From: Bacilli bacterium
GTDB taxonomy: Bacteria > Bacillota_I > Bacilli_A > RF39 > UBA660
Length of the DNA: 64,000 bases
Reading direction: 5' to 3'
NCBI GenBank assembly: GCA_017435255.1
Contig: JAFSFI010000010.1
Span: forward strand, 9,460-73,459
Shown: in pieces, positions 30,918 to 40,520 of the stretch
Numbering within the stretch: the first letter of the stretch is position 1
Layout of the letters: each line of letters begins with the position of its first letter
Position numbers and translations under genes: made by a program
The notes under the pieces: generated by a model
The model's database searches: none
Told to the model about the DNA's origin: nothing
Seen by the model: the letters and a program-made list of their open reading frames with translations, nothing else

Positions 30918-32663
30918 ATGAAGTGTAAAAGAATAATTGCTATTGTATTAGCAGTAGTAGCTGTTGCTATGGTGGGGTTTGGAATTTATACGATGAATTC
31001 TAGTAAGTACATTTTTAAAAAAGCATTATCAGGAGTCTTTAGTTATGCTATAGATTCATATGATGAAATGACTGATGAACTTGATGAATTAGATAAATAT
31101 AAAAAGTACAAACTTAATACATCCAACTCATTAATTATGCAAGGGGAAGAAATTGCATCTATCAGTGGAGACATGTATATCGATGTTGATAAAAACAATC
31201 TATATGCTAATATAGATAGCAAAATAATGTCTGAAAGTTTTATTGGCTTAGAAATGCTAGTTGAAGAAGAAAAAATGTATATAAAAGTAAAAGAAGTAAT
31301 GGATAAATTTAACTATGAAGAATTTACTGATTCAGATATGAGTGAATTGATGTCAGAAGAATTAGAAGGTTTAACTGATGATGAGTTTAAACTTTTAATG
31401 AATCATTTAAAGGATAGTATCCTAAAAGATATAGGAAACAAAGATTTAGAAAAAACTTCAAAGACAATTAAACTTGGTGATAAAAATTATAAAACAAGCA
31501 AAGTGTCTTTAAAACTAACAGAAAAGAGATTATTAGATATTGTCGATAATTTTTTAAGTGCAATTAGCGGAGATAAAAAAGCAATTCAAATTTTACAAAA
31601 ATATGATAAAACTATAACAAAAGAGTCAATTGAAAAATTAGCAAAAAGTATAAAAGAAAGCAATGCTAAACCATCAACAGATGAGATATTTACTCTTTCA
31701 TTCTACGTTGAAGGATTAGGCGGATTAAAAAGAGTAGAAATATCAACTCCAGCAGGTGATGTTGATAGTGTTGCAGCTAGCGTTTCAGCAACTTTAGATA
31801 TATTCAAAAATAAACATAAACAAAATACGTATTTATTAGCACTAAGAGTCAGTGAAATAGAGATAGCTACATTAAAAGTTGAATACACAACCAAAACTAA
31901 AGCAAACATATTGGCTAAATTATCTGAATATGAAATTAGCGGTACATATGAAAATACTGAAAAGAAAGAATCTTGTAAATTAAGTTTCATTGAATCTGGA
32001 GAAACTTTGGGTACTATCAGTTATAATAGTGTAGAAGTTACTAAAGATAAAGAATATTCATTAGAATTTGAATTAGAAATTCCTGGTGAGATGTCAGTAA
32101 GCTCAGACAGCAAACTTTATATAGGCGAGAATATGCCATCAATAGATACTGAAGATGCAGTAAGTATTGATGAATTAACTGATGAAGAAATGGATGAAAT
32201 TGCTGATTATATTGATGAAAAATTAGAATCAATAGGATTACCTACAGGCGATGACTATTTTGGTACAGATGATAACTATTGGGATGGCGACAGTAGTTTT
32301 GATGATGAAGCATATGATACTTCATATTACGAGGAAATATCGGCTAATGAAGTTAAAGACTTGATGAACTCAGAAGAACCAACAGTTTTGTGGTTCGGTA
32401 GTCAGGATTGTACATATTGTGCAAAATATGCTGAAGCATTAGAAGAAGCATATTGGGATTATTTTTCTGATATTTATTACATAGATGTTACAAGTTTGAC
32501 TGACTCTGACAGAGAAATATTAAAAGGTTTAGATAGTAAGTTGAATGTTACATCAACCCCTACTACTTTCGTTTTTCAAAATGGAGAAATAAAAGAAGTA
32601 AAAACAGGTCAAATGACTAAAGATGAATTATATTCATTTTTAGATAAAAATGGTGTAGAGTAA
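30918..32663 (+). CDS. membrane-anchored protein with C-terminal thioredoxin-like domain
   Basis: N-terminal TM helix, a long unassigned domain, an acidic linker, then ...VLWFGSQDCTYCAKYAEALEE... (CxxC thioredoxin fold). The ATG at 30918 lies 7 nt after AGAGGTG. Confidence 0.6.
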   Translation: MKCKRIIAIVLAVVAVAMVGFGIYTMNSSKYIFKKALSGVFSYAIDSYDEMTDELDELDKYKKYKLNTSNSLIMQGEEIASISGDMYIDVDKNNLYANIDSKIMSESFIGLEMLVEEEKMYIKVKEVMDKFNYEEFTDSDMSELMSEELEGLTDDEFKLLMNHLKDSILKDIGNKDLEKTSKTIKLGDKNYKTSKVSLKLTEKRLLDIVDNFLSAISGDKKAIQILQKYDKTITKESIEKLAKSIKESNAKPSTDEIFTLSFYVEGLGGLKRVEISTPAGDVDSVAASVSATLDIFKNKHKQNTYLLALRVSEIEIATLKVEYTTKTKANILAKLSEYEISGTYENTEKKESCKLSFIESGETLGTISYNSVEVTKDKEYSLEFELEIPGEMSVSSDSKLYIGENMPSIDTEDAVSIDELTDEEMDEIADYIDEKLESIGLPTGDDYFGTDDNYWDGDSSFDDEAYDTSYYEEISANEVKDLMNSEEPTVLWFGSQDCTYCAKYAEALEEAYWDYFSDIYYIDVTSLTDSDREILKGLDSKLNVTSTPTTFVFQNGEIKEVKTGQMTKDELYSFLDKNGVE

Positions 32664-32715
32664 AGGTCTAGCAAAGGCCTTTTTTCTATGCTATAATAAA
32701 ATTGGTGATGGTATA

Positions 32716-33480
32716 ATGAAGGCTTTGATAACGGGGGCGTCATCTGGTATTGGATATCAAATGGCCAAATATTTAAGTGACTTGGGTCACGATTTAGTTT
32801 TAGTAGCAAGAAATAAGGAAAAATTGCAAAAAATTCAAGAAGAATTAAAAACAGACGTAAAAATAGTTGTAGCTGATTTATCAAACGAAAACAAAGTTAA
32901 AGAAGTTTATGTTTTATGCAAAAATGAAGACATCGATATATTGATAAATAATGCAGGATTTGGTGATTGTGGACATTTTTATGAGACGGATTTAAACAAA
33001 GAAATGGAAATGATAGATTTAAATATTAAAGCAGTACACATTCTAACTAAATTATTTTTCCGCGATATGAAGAAAAAAAACAAAGGATATATTCTAAATG
33101 TTGCTTCATCCGCCGCATTTTTGCCTGGACCTTTAATGGCTACATACTATAGTACTAAGGCATATGTGTTAAGACTTACTACTGCTCTCCATGAAGAATT
33201 AAGAAGAGAGAAATTGGATGTTTCAGTCTCATGTTTATGCCCAGGTCCTGTTGATACTAACTTTAATAAAGTTGCTAATGTTAAATTTTCAGTAAAACCA
33301 TTAGACGGTGATTTCGTTGCTAGATATGCAATAGACAAAATGTTTAATAAAAAATTAATCATTATACCAGGATTTAAAATGAAATATGCTAATTTTTTTA
33401 GTAGATTTTGCTCCACTAAACTATTAGCAAAAATTACATATAATATCCAAAAGAAAAAGATAGTAAAAAGGGGAATATAG
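32716..33480 (+). CDS. SDR-family oxidoreductase
   Basis: MKALITGASSGIGY Rossmann motif; NNAG; YSTKAY (YxxxK). Confidence 0.85.
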   Translation: MKALITGASSGIGYQMAKYLSDLGHDLVLVARNKEKLQKIQEELKTDVKIVVADLSNENKVKEVYVLCKNEDIDILINNAGFGDCGHFYETDLNKEMEMIDLNIKAVHILTKLFFRDMKKKNKGYILNVASSAAFLPGPLMATYYSTKAYVLRLTTALHEELRREKLDVSVSCLCPGPVDTNFNKVANVKFSVKPLDGDFVARYAIDKMFNKKLIIIPGFKMKYANFFSRFCSTKLLAKITYNIQKKKIVKRGI

Positions 33481-33482
33481 TT

Positions 33483-34517
33483 ATGAGTGTTGCGGATTAT
33501 AAATGTCCTAATTGTTCATCTACTTTAAAATTTAATCCTAAAACACAAAAATGGAATTGTGAATATTGTAATTCACAGTTTGGACTAAATGATTTGAATA
33601 GTAATGATCTAAAATATCAAAATGTAGAACAAAACAAAAAAATAGATATTTATTCATGCAGTAATTGTGGAGCCGAGATTATAACTGATTCGAATACATC
33701 AGCTACTTTTTGTGTGTATTGCAAAAGTACGGCAATTATAAAAAATAGGCTAGTAAATGAACTTGAACCAAATAAAATCATTCCTTTTGCTACAACTCGT
33801 GAAGAAGCAATAAATGCATTCAAAAAAATGTGTTCTAAAAGAATTTTAGTGCCAAAAGCATTTAAAGATCAAAAGAACATTGAAGAAATAAAAGGAGTTT
33901 ATATTCCTTTTTGGTTATTTGATGTTAATTGTTCTGGTAGTTTATTGTATAAAGCTCAAAAAGAAGATTCTAGGGAAGATCAAAATTATAAAGTTATTAC
34001 AACCAAATATTATAAAGTAGAAAGAGAAGGTACGATATATTTTAACAATATACCTGTAGATGGGTCGGTAAATTTTGATGATGCAGCAATGAACTCAATT
34101 GAACCATTTGATTATACTGGATTAAAAGATTTTAATTATGGATACTTGTCTGGTTTCTATGCAGAAAAATATGGGCTGACTGATGCTGATGTTGGTCACA
34201 TTGCTATGGAAAGAGCAAAGAGTTCCTTTATAGATTATTTAGATAATGATATTAATGGTTATACAAGCAAAACACTTAAAGAGGAAAATATTGATAATAG
34301 AATTATAAATGTTCAATATGTATTACTACCAGTATGGTTATTAAACATTAAATACAAAGAGGAATTTAGAACATTTGCTATGAATGGACAAACCGGTAAA
34401 ATGGCAGGTAATTTACCGATAGATAAGTTAAAAATGTTTATTTTAGCTGTTATTATATTTATACTCTTGTTTGTAGCAGTTGTTTTAGGCTTCTATTCAG
34501 TTGGGTGGTGTTTATAA
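33483..34517 (+). CDS. double zinc-ribbon protein with C-terminal TM anchor
   Basis: CPNC...CEYC and CSNC...CVYC near the N terminus. C-terminal hydrophobic helix. Confidence 0.55.
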   Translation: MSVADYKCPNCSSTLKFNPKTQKWNCEYCNSQFGLNDLNSNDLKYQNVEQNKKIDIYSCSNCGAEIITDSNTSATFCVYCKSTAIIKNRLVNELEPNKIIPFATTREEAINAFKKMCSKRILVPKAFKDQKNIEEIKGVYIPFWLFDVNCSGSLLYKAQKEDSREDQNYKVITTKYYKVEREGTIYFNNIPVDGSVNFDDAAMNSIEPFDYTGLKDFNYGYLSGFYAEKYGLTDADVGHIAMERAKSSFIDYLDNDINGYTSKTLKEENIDNRIINVQYVLLPVWLLNIKYKEEFRTFAMNGQTGKMAGNLPIDKLKMFILAVIIFILLFVAVVLGFYSVGWCL

Positions 34518-34891
34518 TGAAAAAATTTGGTTTGATTATTTTGTTATTAACAAGTATATTTCACTTAACAACAGTTCATGCTTATTTTGATAATAATGTT
34601 ATTACACAAAATGATGTAAACGAAATTATCGATTCAGGACAAATGGATTCTGTTGATGTAACACAAAAGTTTGTTTGTTTTGAAAAAATTCCATATTTTT
34701 TAATAGCTGTTATTTGTTTTGCTATTACAGTTGTAATTTTATTTGTAATTAATTCTTCTTATAAAAAGATTAAATTATCTTCATATGCCAATAAATATAT
34801 TAATGAAAACAATACAATGATAACAAGAAGAAAAGATCAATATATAAGAACTAGAACTATTAGGACCAGAAGAGGAGTAAATAATATCTAA
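34517..34891 (+). CDS. small secreted/membrane protein
   Basis: MKKFGLIILLLTSIFHLTTVHA signal peptide plus one TM helix. Its ATG overlaps the upstream stop (TAATG). Confidence 0.5.
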   Translation: MKKFGLIILLLTSIFHLTTVHAYFDNNVITQNDVNEIIDSGQMDSVDVTQKFVCFEKIPYFLIAVICFAITVVILFVINSSYKKIKLSSYANKYINENNTMITRRKDQYIRTRTIRTRRGVNNI

Positions 34892-34905
34892 CAAAAAACT
34901 ATCCA

Positions 34906-35145
34906 CAATTGGATGAAGTTCCCATTATGGTTGACACACATGAAAAAACATGTGTTAGAATAAGTCGCTATAAGGAGGCGCTTTTTTCTATGACTAAGAA
35001 GGACAAAAGATGTACATGGATTAATCTTGCATTCCGACCAAGGGTTTCTAATATCCATCTTATGAATACAAAGATATCTGCGGGGCAAACAGAATAATAA
35101 TGTTCATAATCCTAAAAGACTTACCTGTAGAGAACTCATCAATTG
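34906..35145 (+). ncRNA. candidate structured RNA, unclassified (strand uncertain)
   Basis: Less AT-rich non-coding block. CAATTGGATGAAGTTC (34906-34921) pairs with GAACTCATCAATTG (35132-35145), giving 14 bp with two bulges. There is an internal perfect 7-bp hairpin ACACATG-a6-CATGTGT (34936-34955). The ORFs on both strands have an implausible composition. Confidence 0.3.
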
Positions 35146-35337
35146 AAAATTTTCGCTTGAATATAAAAAGAGAAACTAACGGAAGTTATAATATAAATAG
35201 AATTAGACTTAATTAAAAAGACATGAAATAGTTTTTTTATTATGCGTAAATAAAATTGGTTATATCATCCTTTTTATTTAGCTTTTTTTATAAAAAACAT
35301 TTTGATATGTTATAATTATATTAGGATAGTGGTATGT

Positions 35338-38145
35338 ATGAAGTATAAAAAATTATTAGAAGTATTTTTGATTGTTTTAATGTTTGTTATTATGATTGCA
35401 CTTATAGTTTGCACATCTGTGTTTAACAAATTTCAAAATAGTGGTAAGTTAATTATTAATGAGATTATGGCATCAAATAAAACCTCTATTAAAGATAAAA
35501 ACGGTAATTACTACGATTATATAGAACTATATAATGGGTATAATTATGATATTAATTTAGAAGGTTATTATTTATCTGATGATAACTATGAAACAAAAAA
35601 ATGGTCTTTCCCCGATATAACTATAAAATCAAAATCATATTTGGTAGTGTTTGCTTCTGGATTGAATTACTATGATAAAGATGAAATTCACACTAATTTC
35701 AAATTAAATACAAATGGTGAAGTTGTAACGCTATCCGATACAAACGCTAAAGCAATAAGCAAGATTTATTATTCAAATACTGCTAGTGATACAGCATACG
35801 GATATAACGGGAAAAAATATGTTTATTATTATTTGGGCAGTCCTAATAAATCAAACAGTGGAAGCTATTCAAAGGAACCAATTAATTTAGAAAATAGTAC
35901 AGAGGATATTAGAATAACAGAATATATGTTAGAAAATATAAGCGCTGTAAAAAGCAAAGATGGTTCGTATTATAGTGTTATAGAACTATATAACAATGAA
36001 AAACACGATATAAATCTAGAAGGTTATTTTTTAAGTGACAACATAGATAATATTACTAAATATACTTTTCCAAAAGTGACAATAAAAGCTAAATCTTATT
36101 TAGTTATATATGCGTCTTCGAAAGATACACATATAGATGGAGAACTTCATACCAATTTTGAATTAAATAATAAAGATAATATTTTAATTCTAAGTGATAA
36201 TCGAAAAAAACAAATAGATAAAGTTGATTTAAAAAATACAGGTGTTAATCTTTCATATGGATATTATAGTGACTCTTGGCAACTATATAGTACAAATACT
36301 TTTGGAGAAGAAAATAGCTCCAGTTATATTAAAAATATGAATGTCGCAAAATCTATTCAAATAAACGAAGTATCAGCGGTAGGAGTAGAAGGGGTTGAAC
36401 TGAAAAATTTAACGAATAATGATATTAATTTAAGTAATTATTCTATAGGAGATAAAAGTGGAACAATGACCAGTCTTCCTGACATAGTTTTAAAGGCCAA
36501 TTCCTTTATTACTCTTTATGGAAGTGATTATTATTCTTATCATAATGGAATAATCTATCTGGGGTTCCATATCAATAATAGTAATGAAGAAATTTACCTT
36601 TATAAGGATAACATTTTAATAGATTATTTTGAAGTAGGTAGAATGGTTAATGGTGGAAGTAGTGGTATAAATAATAAAAATGAAAAAGTGTATTATAAAA
36701 TGCCTACTTTTGGCAAAGAAAATAGTGCAGATTATTATTATGGTTATTCTAGTGAACCTAAATTTTCTATAAATGGTGGTTATGTTGAAAAAGGGACCAA
36801 AGTAACTCTTTCATCAGAAACCGGTAATAATATTTATTATACTTTGGATGGCTCTTTTCCTACTGTTAATTCTCAAAAGTACTCAGGACCTATTACTATA
36901 AATAAAACAACAGTAATTAAAGCAATTGCATATAAAGAAGGGAATATTGAGTCAGAAATTATTTCAAGAACATTTATTGTAGGGAGAAAACATGATGTAG
37001 CAATTGTATCGATTTCTACAAATGATTCTAACTTTTTTGGTGCAAATGGAATTTTAACTAATTACCAACAAGATACTACTAGAAAAATTAGTTTTGAATT
37101 TTATGAAAGAGATGGAAGTCTAGGTACTAGTTTTTTGGGAGATACTAAATTATCTGGAATGGATTCTAGGGAACAACCACAAAAGAGTATGACTATATAT
37201 TTAAGGAAACAATATGGAAAACAGGAAGTAACATATCCTTTCTTTGAAGATAGTGAAACCAATACTTATTCTTCCCTCTTGTTGCGTAACGCTGGTGAGG
37301 ACCCTAAAAGAATTCGCATTATGGATGCAGTGTTAACTAGAACATTGAAGGGTCAAATGGATATAGATATGCAAGATTATAGACCGGTAGTAGTTTATAT
37401 AAATGGTGTTTATTATGGCTTATATAATTTAAGAGATAAATTGAATGGCGACTATGTTCAAAGCAAGTATGGTATTAATAAAGATAATATTGATTTAATT
37501 AAATATACTACTGCTACAAAGGGTGATGTTACTGCCTATAACGATTTAATTAACTATGTTAGAAATAACGATCCTGCAAATAGTTACGCCTATGAATATT
37601 TAAAAACACAGATAGATATGCAGGAATTATGTAACTATTGGGTAGTTCAAACTTATTATGGTAATACTGATTTAGGAAACATTCGCTATTGGAGAGATAA
37701 AAATAATGGAAAATGGAGATATATGATATATGATTTAGATTGGTCCATGTGGAATAGTAATTTGAGTGTTGGATATACAACAAAGGATTCTGGCATTCCT
37801 GCGGCTACATATTTATCCTCTTCAATTTATTTAGTGAGAAGACTTTCCCGTAATAGTGAGTTTAGAGATATGTATTTAAAAACATTTGCATATCACTTAG
37901 AAAACACCTTTAATCCAATAAGAATGAATTCAATTGTAGATGAGCTTGCCAAAGAAATCGAAAGCGAAATGCCTTATCATATTCAAAGATGGGGATACCC
38001 ATCTAGTATTAATACCTGGTATTATAATCTTAATAGTTTTAAGAATATGATTAATGCAAGATATTACAAGGTTTTAAATAGACTAAAAGGTGATTTTGAT
38101 TTGTCTAATGAAGAATATAATTATTATTTTGGGGCGGTGAAGTAA
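35338..38145 (+). CDS. CotH-family atypical kinase with three lamin-tail (LTD) domains and a Fn3_assoc-like domain
   Basis: TM anchor. Three repeats of ...INEIM...YIELYN...L.GYYLSD...KW.FP...; the motif GNNIYYTLDGSFPT; and a CotH core LLLRNAGEDPKRIRIMDAV...VVVYINGVYYGLYNLRDK...YDLDWS. Confidence 0.8.
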   Translation: MKYKKLLEVFLIVLMFVIMIALIVCTSVFNKFQNSGKLIINEIMASNKTSIKDKNGNYYDYIELYNGYNYDINLEGYYLSDDNYETKKWSFPDITIKSKSYLVVFASGLNYYDKDEIHTNFKLNTNGEVVTLSDTNAKAISKIYYSNTASDTAYGYNGKKYVYYYLGSPNKSNSGSYSKEPINLENSTEDIRITEYMLENISAVKSKDGSYYSVIELYNNEKHDINLEGYFLSDNIDNITKYTFPKVTIKAKSYLVIYASSKDTHIDGELHTNFELNNKDNILILSDNRKKQIDKVDLKNTGVNLSYGYYSDSWQLYSTNTFGEENSSSYIKNMNVAKSIQINEVSAVGVEGVELKNLTNNDINLSNYSIGDKSGTMTSLPDIVLKANSFITLYGSDYYSYHNGIIYLGFHINNSNEEIYLYKDNILIDYFEVGRMVNGGSSGINNKNEKVYYKMPTFGKENSADYYYGYSSEPKFSINGGYVEKGTKVTLSSETGNNIYYTLDGSFPTVNSQKYSGPITINKTTVIKAIAYKEGNIESEIISRTFIVGRKHDVAIVSISTNDSNFFGANGILTNYQQDTTRKISFEFYERDGSLGTSFLGDTKLSGMDSREQPQKSMTIYLRKQYGKQEVTYPFFEDSETNTYSSLLLRNAGEDPKRIRIMDAVLTRTLKGQMDIDMQDYRPVVVYINGVYYGLYNLRDKLNGDYVQSKYGINKDNIDLIKYTTATKGDVTAYNDLINYVRNNDPANSYAYEYLKTQIDMQELCNYWVVQTYYGNTDLGNIRYWRDKNNGKWRYMIYDLDWSMWNSNLSVGYTTKDSGIPAATYLSSSIYLVRRLSRNSEFRDMYLKTFAYHLENTFNPIRMNSIVDELAKEIESEMPYHIQRWGYPSSINTWYYNLNSFKNMINARYYKVLNRLKGDFDLSNEEYNYYFGAVK

Positions 38146-38146
38146 T

Positions 38147-39154
38147 ATGAAAAAAATATTTATGATCATATGCTTATTTGTACTAGTCATATTACTTTTA
38201 GAATTTTTTCCTAATTTAAAAGGAGAATATATTATGACCGACAAACTATATATCAGTGAAATGATGGCAAGTAACTACGCAACTATAAAAGATGATGATG
38301 GAGATTATAGTGATTATATAGAAATATATAATGGATATAATAATTCGATTAGTTTGAAAAATTATTATTTGTCTGACTCTGAATTTGAAACAAATAAATG
38401 GTCATTTCCAGATATAGAAATTCAGGGCCATGAATATTTGATTGTTTATGCATCTGGAAAAGACAAATGTGATTTAGAAAGCAGGATTTGTCACACCAAT
38501 TTCAAATTAAGTAGCAAAGGTGAAGTCTTAACTTTGACAGATAATAATGGAAACATTATCAGCAAAATTACTTATCCAAAAATGGATACTGATGTATCAT
38601 TTAGTTATAAAGATAGACAATACATTCTTTTTAACGATGGAACCCCAGGAAAAAAGAATAAAGGAGAAAAATTCAAAACATCAAATATTGATTATAGTAA
38701 GATAAAAATAAATGAATATATGACTGATAATAAAAGAAGTTATTATGATTTATACGGAAATTATTTCGACTGGGTAGAGTTATACAATGATTCAGAGCAA
38801 GACATTACATTAAAAAATATGTTTATAACTGATAATGAATCTAACCTAAAAAAGTTCAAAATAAAGGAAACTATAATTTCTAAAAAAGGATATTTAATAG
38901 TACATATGCCAGGAAAAAAAGTGGGTTTTGATGAAGGTATATATACTGATTTTGGTTTATCTAGTGATGATAAAAAAATAATTATATCTGATGGAAAAAA
39001 GATAATAGATGAAGTAGAAATAGTCGAATTAAAACAGGATGTTAGTTATGGTAAGAAAAACGATAGATGGCAATACTTTACTACACCAACACCTGGATAT
39101 GAAAATAATACATCATCTTTTGATGGTATAGGAGGAAAAAATGGGAACGCTTAA
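38147..39154 (+). CDS. lamin-tail-domain (LTD) protein, two repeats
   Basis: TM/signal, then two LTD repeats paralogous to those in the upstream gene. Confidence 0.7.
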   Translation: MKKIFMIICLFVLVILLLEFFPNLKGEYIMTDKLYISEMMASNYATIKDDDGDYSDYIEIYNGYNNSISLKNYYLSDSEFETNKWSFPDIEIQGHEYLIVYASGKDKCDLESRICHTNFKLSSKGEVLTLTDNNGNIISKITYPKMDTDVSFSYKDRQYILFNDGTPGKKNKGEKFKTSNIDYSKIKINEYMTDNKRSYYDLYGNYFDWVELYNDSEQDITLKNMFITDNESNLKKFKIKETIISKKGYLIVHMPGKKVGFDEGIYTDFGLSSDDKKIIISDGKKIIDEVEIVELKQDVSYGKKNDRWQYFTTPTPGYENNTSSFDGIGGKNGNA

Positions 39155-39815
39155 AACATTTAGACATGAGTACAAGTATGTATTGCCATATGGTGAAATG
39201 CTTTCTCTTAGGACTAAATTCAACGAGTTATTGGAAATTGATAGATCTTATGATGGATATATGATTAGAAGCTTATATTTTGATTCAGTAAATGATGATG
39301 ATTACTATGATAAATTAGGTGGAGAATTAGAAAGAAAAAAAATTAGATTAAGAATATATGAACCTGATGGAGAACTTGTGAAATTAGAATTAAAAGCTAA
39401 GCATGATTATCACCAGTTAAAAGAATCATTAATAATAAATAAAGAAGATGCTAAGGAATTAATTAAAGGCAATTATGGATCGCTATTAAATTATAAAGAT
39501 GATTTGGCAAATAGATTATATGTCATAATGATGAAAGGCTATTATAGACCTAAAGTTATTATAGAGTATCAAAGAATAGCGTATAAAACAAATACAACAA
39601 CTAGAATAACTTTAGATTTCAATATAAAAAAAAGTAATGATTATGATTCGTTTTTTAACAAAAATATAAATTATGTAGGAATTACTGATGCGAAGGACAT
39701 AGTATTAGAAGTAAAATTTGATAGATTTTTAGAACCGTATATATCAAACTTTTTGGGAAAATATATGTCTAGATGTCAATCGATAAGCAAATATGTAATG
39801 GCTAGAAACATATAG
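39141..39815 (+). CDS. VTC-domain (polyphosphate-polymerase-like, CYTH-related) protein
   Basis: FRHEYKYVL...IRSLYFDS...ERKKIRLRIYE...VKLELKAK pattern of the VTC domain. Confidence 0.75.
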   Translation: MGTLKTFRHEYKYVLPYGEMLSLRTKFNELLEIDRSYDGYMIRSLYFDSVNDDDYYDKLGGELERKKIRLRIYEPDGELVKLELKAKHDYHQLKESLIINKEDAKELIKGNYGSLLNYKDDLANRLYVIMMKGYYRPKVIIEYQRIAYKTNTTTRITLDFNIKKSNDYDSFFNKNINYVGITDAKDIVLEVKFDRFLEPYISNFLGKYMSRCQSISKYVMARNI

Positions 39816-39826
39816 GAGGAGTAAAA

Positions 39827-40489
39827 ATGAAAAAAATATTAGAAGCATTAGCGGCAATGCAGGTAAAAATGCCAATACAAACAGTATTATTAATTTTATT
39901 AATCGCTTTTATAATATCATTAATAATATATATTACGTATAAATATACGTATTCAGGGGTTATGTACAATCCTAGATTTAATGTATCACTTATTATGATA
40001 ACAATGATTACAACAATAGTAATGGTAGTAATCGGAAGTAATATTTCAGTATCACTAGGTATGGTTGGTGCTTTATCGACAATTAGATTTAGGACAGCGG
40101 TAAAAGATCCAAGAGATACGGCATTTATTTTTTGGGGAGTAGTATCTGGACTTGCTTGTGGTACACAAAACTATACAATTGTTATAGCGGGTTCAATAGT
40201 AATTTGTTTAATATTATTTATATTTAAGAAGGCAGTTTCGAAGGATAGTAGATATGTCTTAATCATAAAGGGGGCCAAATTAAATTTATCTAGTGTTGAA
40301 AAAGTATTGAATAGCTGTTTAAAAGGGTATATTTGTAAAGGAAAATATATAAATATAGATAATATTGAATTAGTGTATGATGTTAAGTTTATTAAAAAAA
40401 TGAATAATAAAGTAATTGATGAATTATCTAAAGTTGAAGGCGTTAAGACAATTAATTTTGTTGCTAGTAATACTGACACTATGGGATAA
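39827..40489 (+). CDS. DUF4956-family membrane protein
   Basis: ...GALSTIRFRTAVKDPRDTAFIFWGVVSGLACG... signature. Confidence 0.75.
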   Translation: MKKILEALAAMQVKMPIQTVLLILLIAFIISLIIYITYKYTYSGVMYNPRFNVSLIMITMITTIVMVVIGSNISVSLGMVGALSTIRFRTAVKDPRDTAFIFWGVVSGLACGTQNYTIVIAGSIVICLILFIFKKAVSKDSRYVLIIKGAKLNLSSVEKVLNSCLKGYICKGKYINIDNIELVYDVKFIKKMNNKVIDELSKVEGVKTINFVASNTDTMG

Positions 40490-40491
40490 AA

Positions 40492-40520
40492 AAAGTAGGA
40501 ATAAAATCCTACTTTTATTT
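40492..40520. terminator. bidirectional terminator
   Basis: AAAGTAGGA-ataaaa-TCCTACTTT between convergent genes. Confidence 0.65.

Noticed and set aside
34888-35097. Two overlapping ORFs (62 aa on the plus strand, 66 aa on the minus strand) in the gap before the CotH operon.
   Set aside because: They have Cys/Arg/His-rich improbable composition, no good RBS at the annotated starts, and are mutually antisense. The region is better explained as structured non-coding sequence (see finding).
35075-35100. GCGGGGCAAACAG looked like the GGCAAAC core of a c-di-GMP-I (GEMM) riboswitch.
   Set aside because: The partner ACGCAAAGC element and the tetraloop/receptor arrangement are absent, and the motif is far from any start codon.
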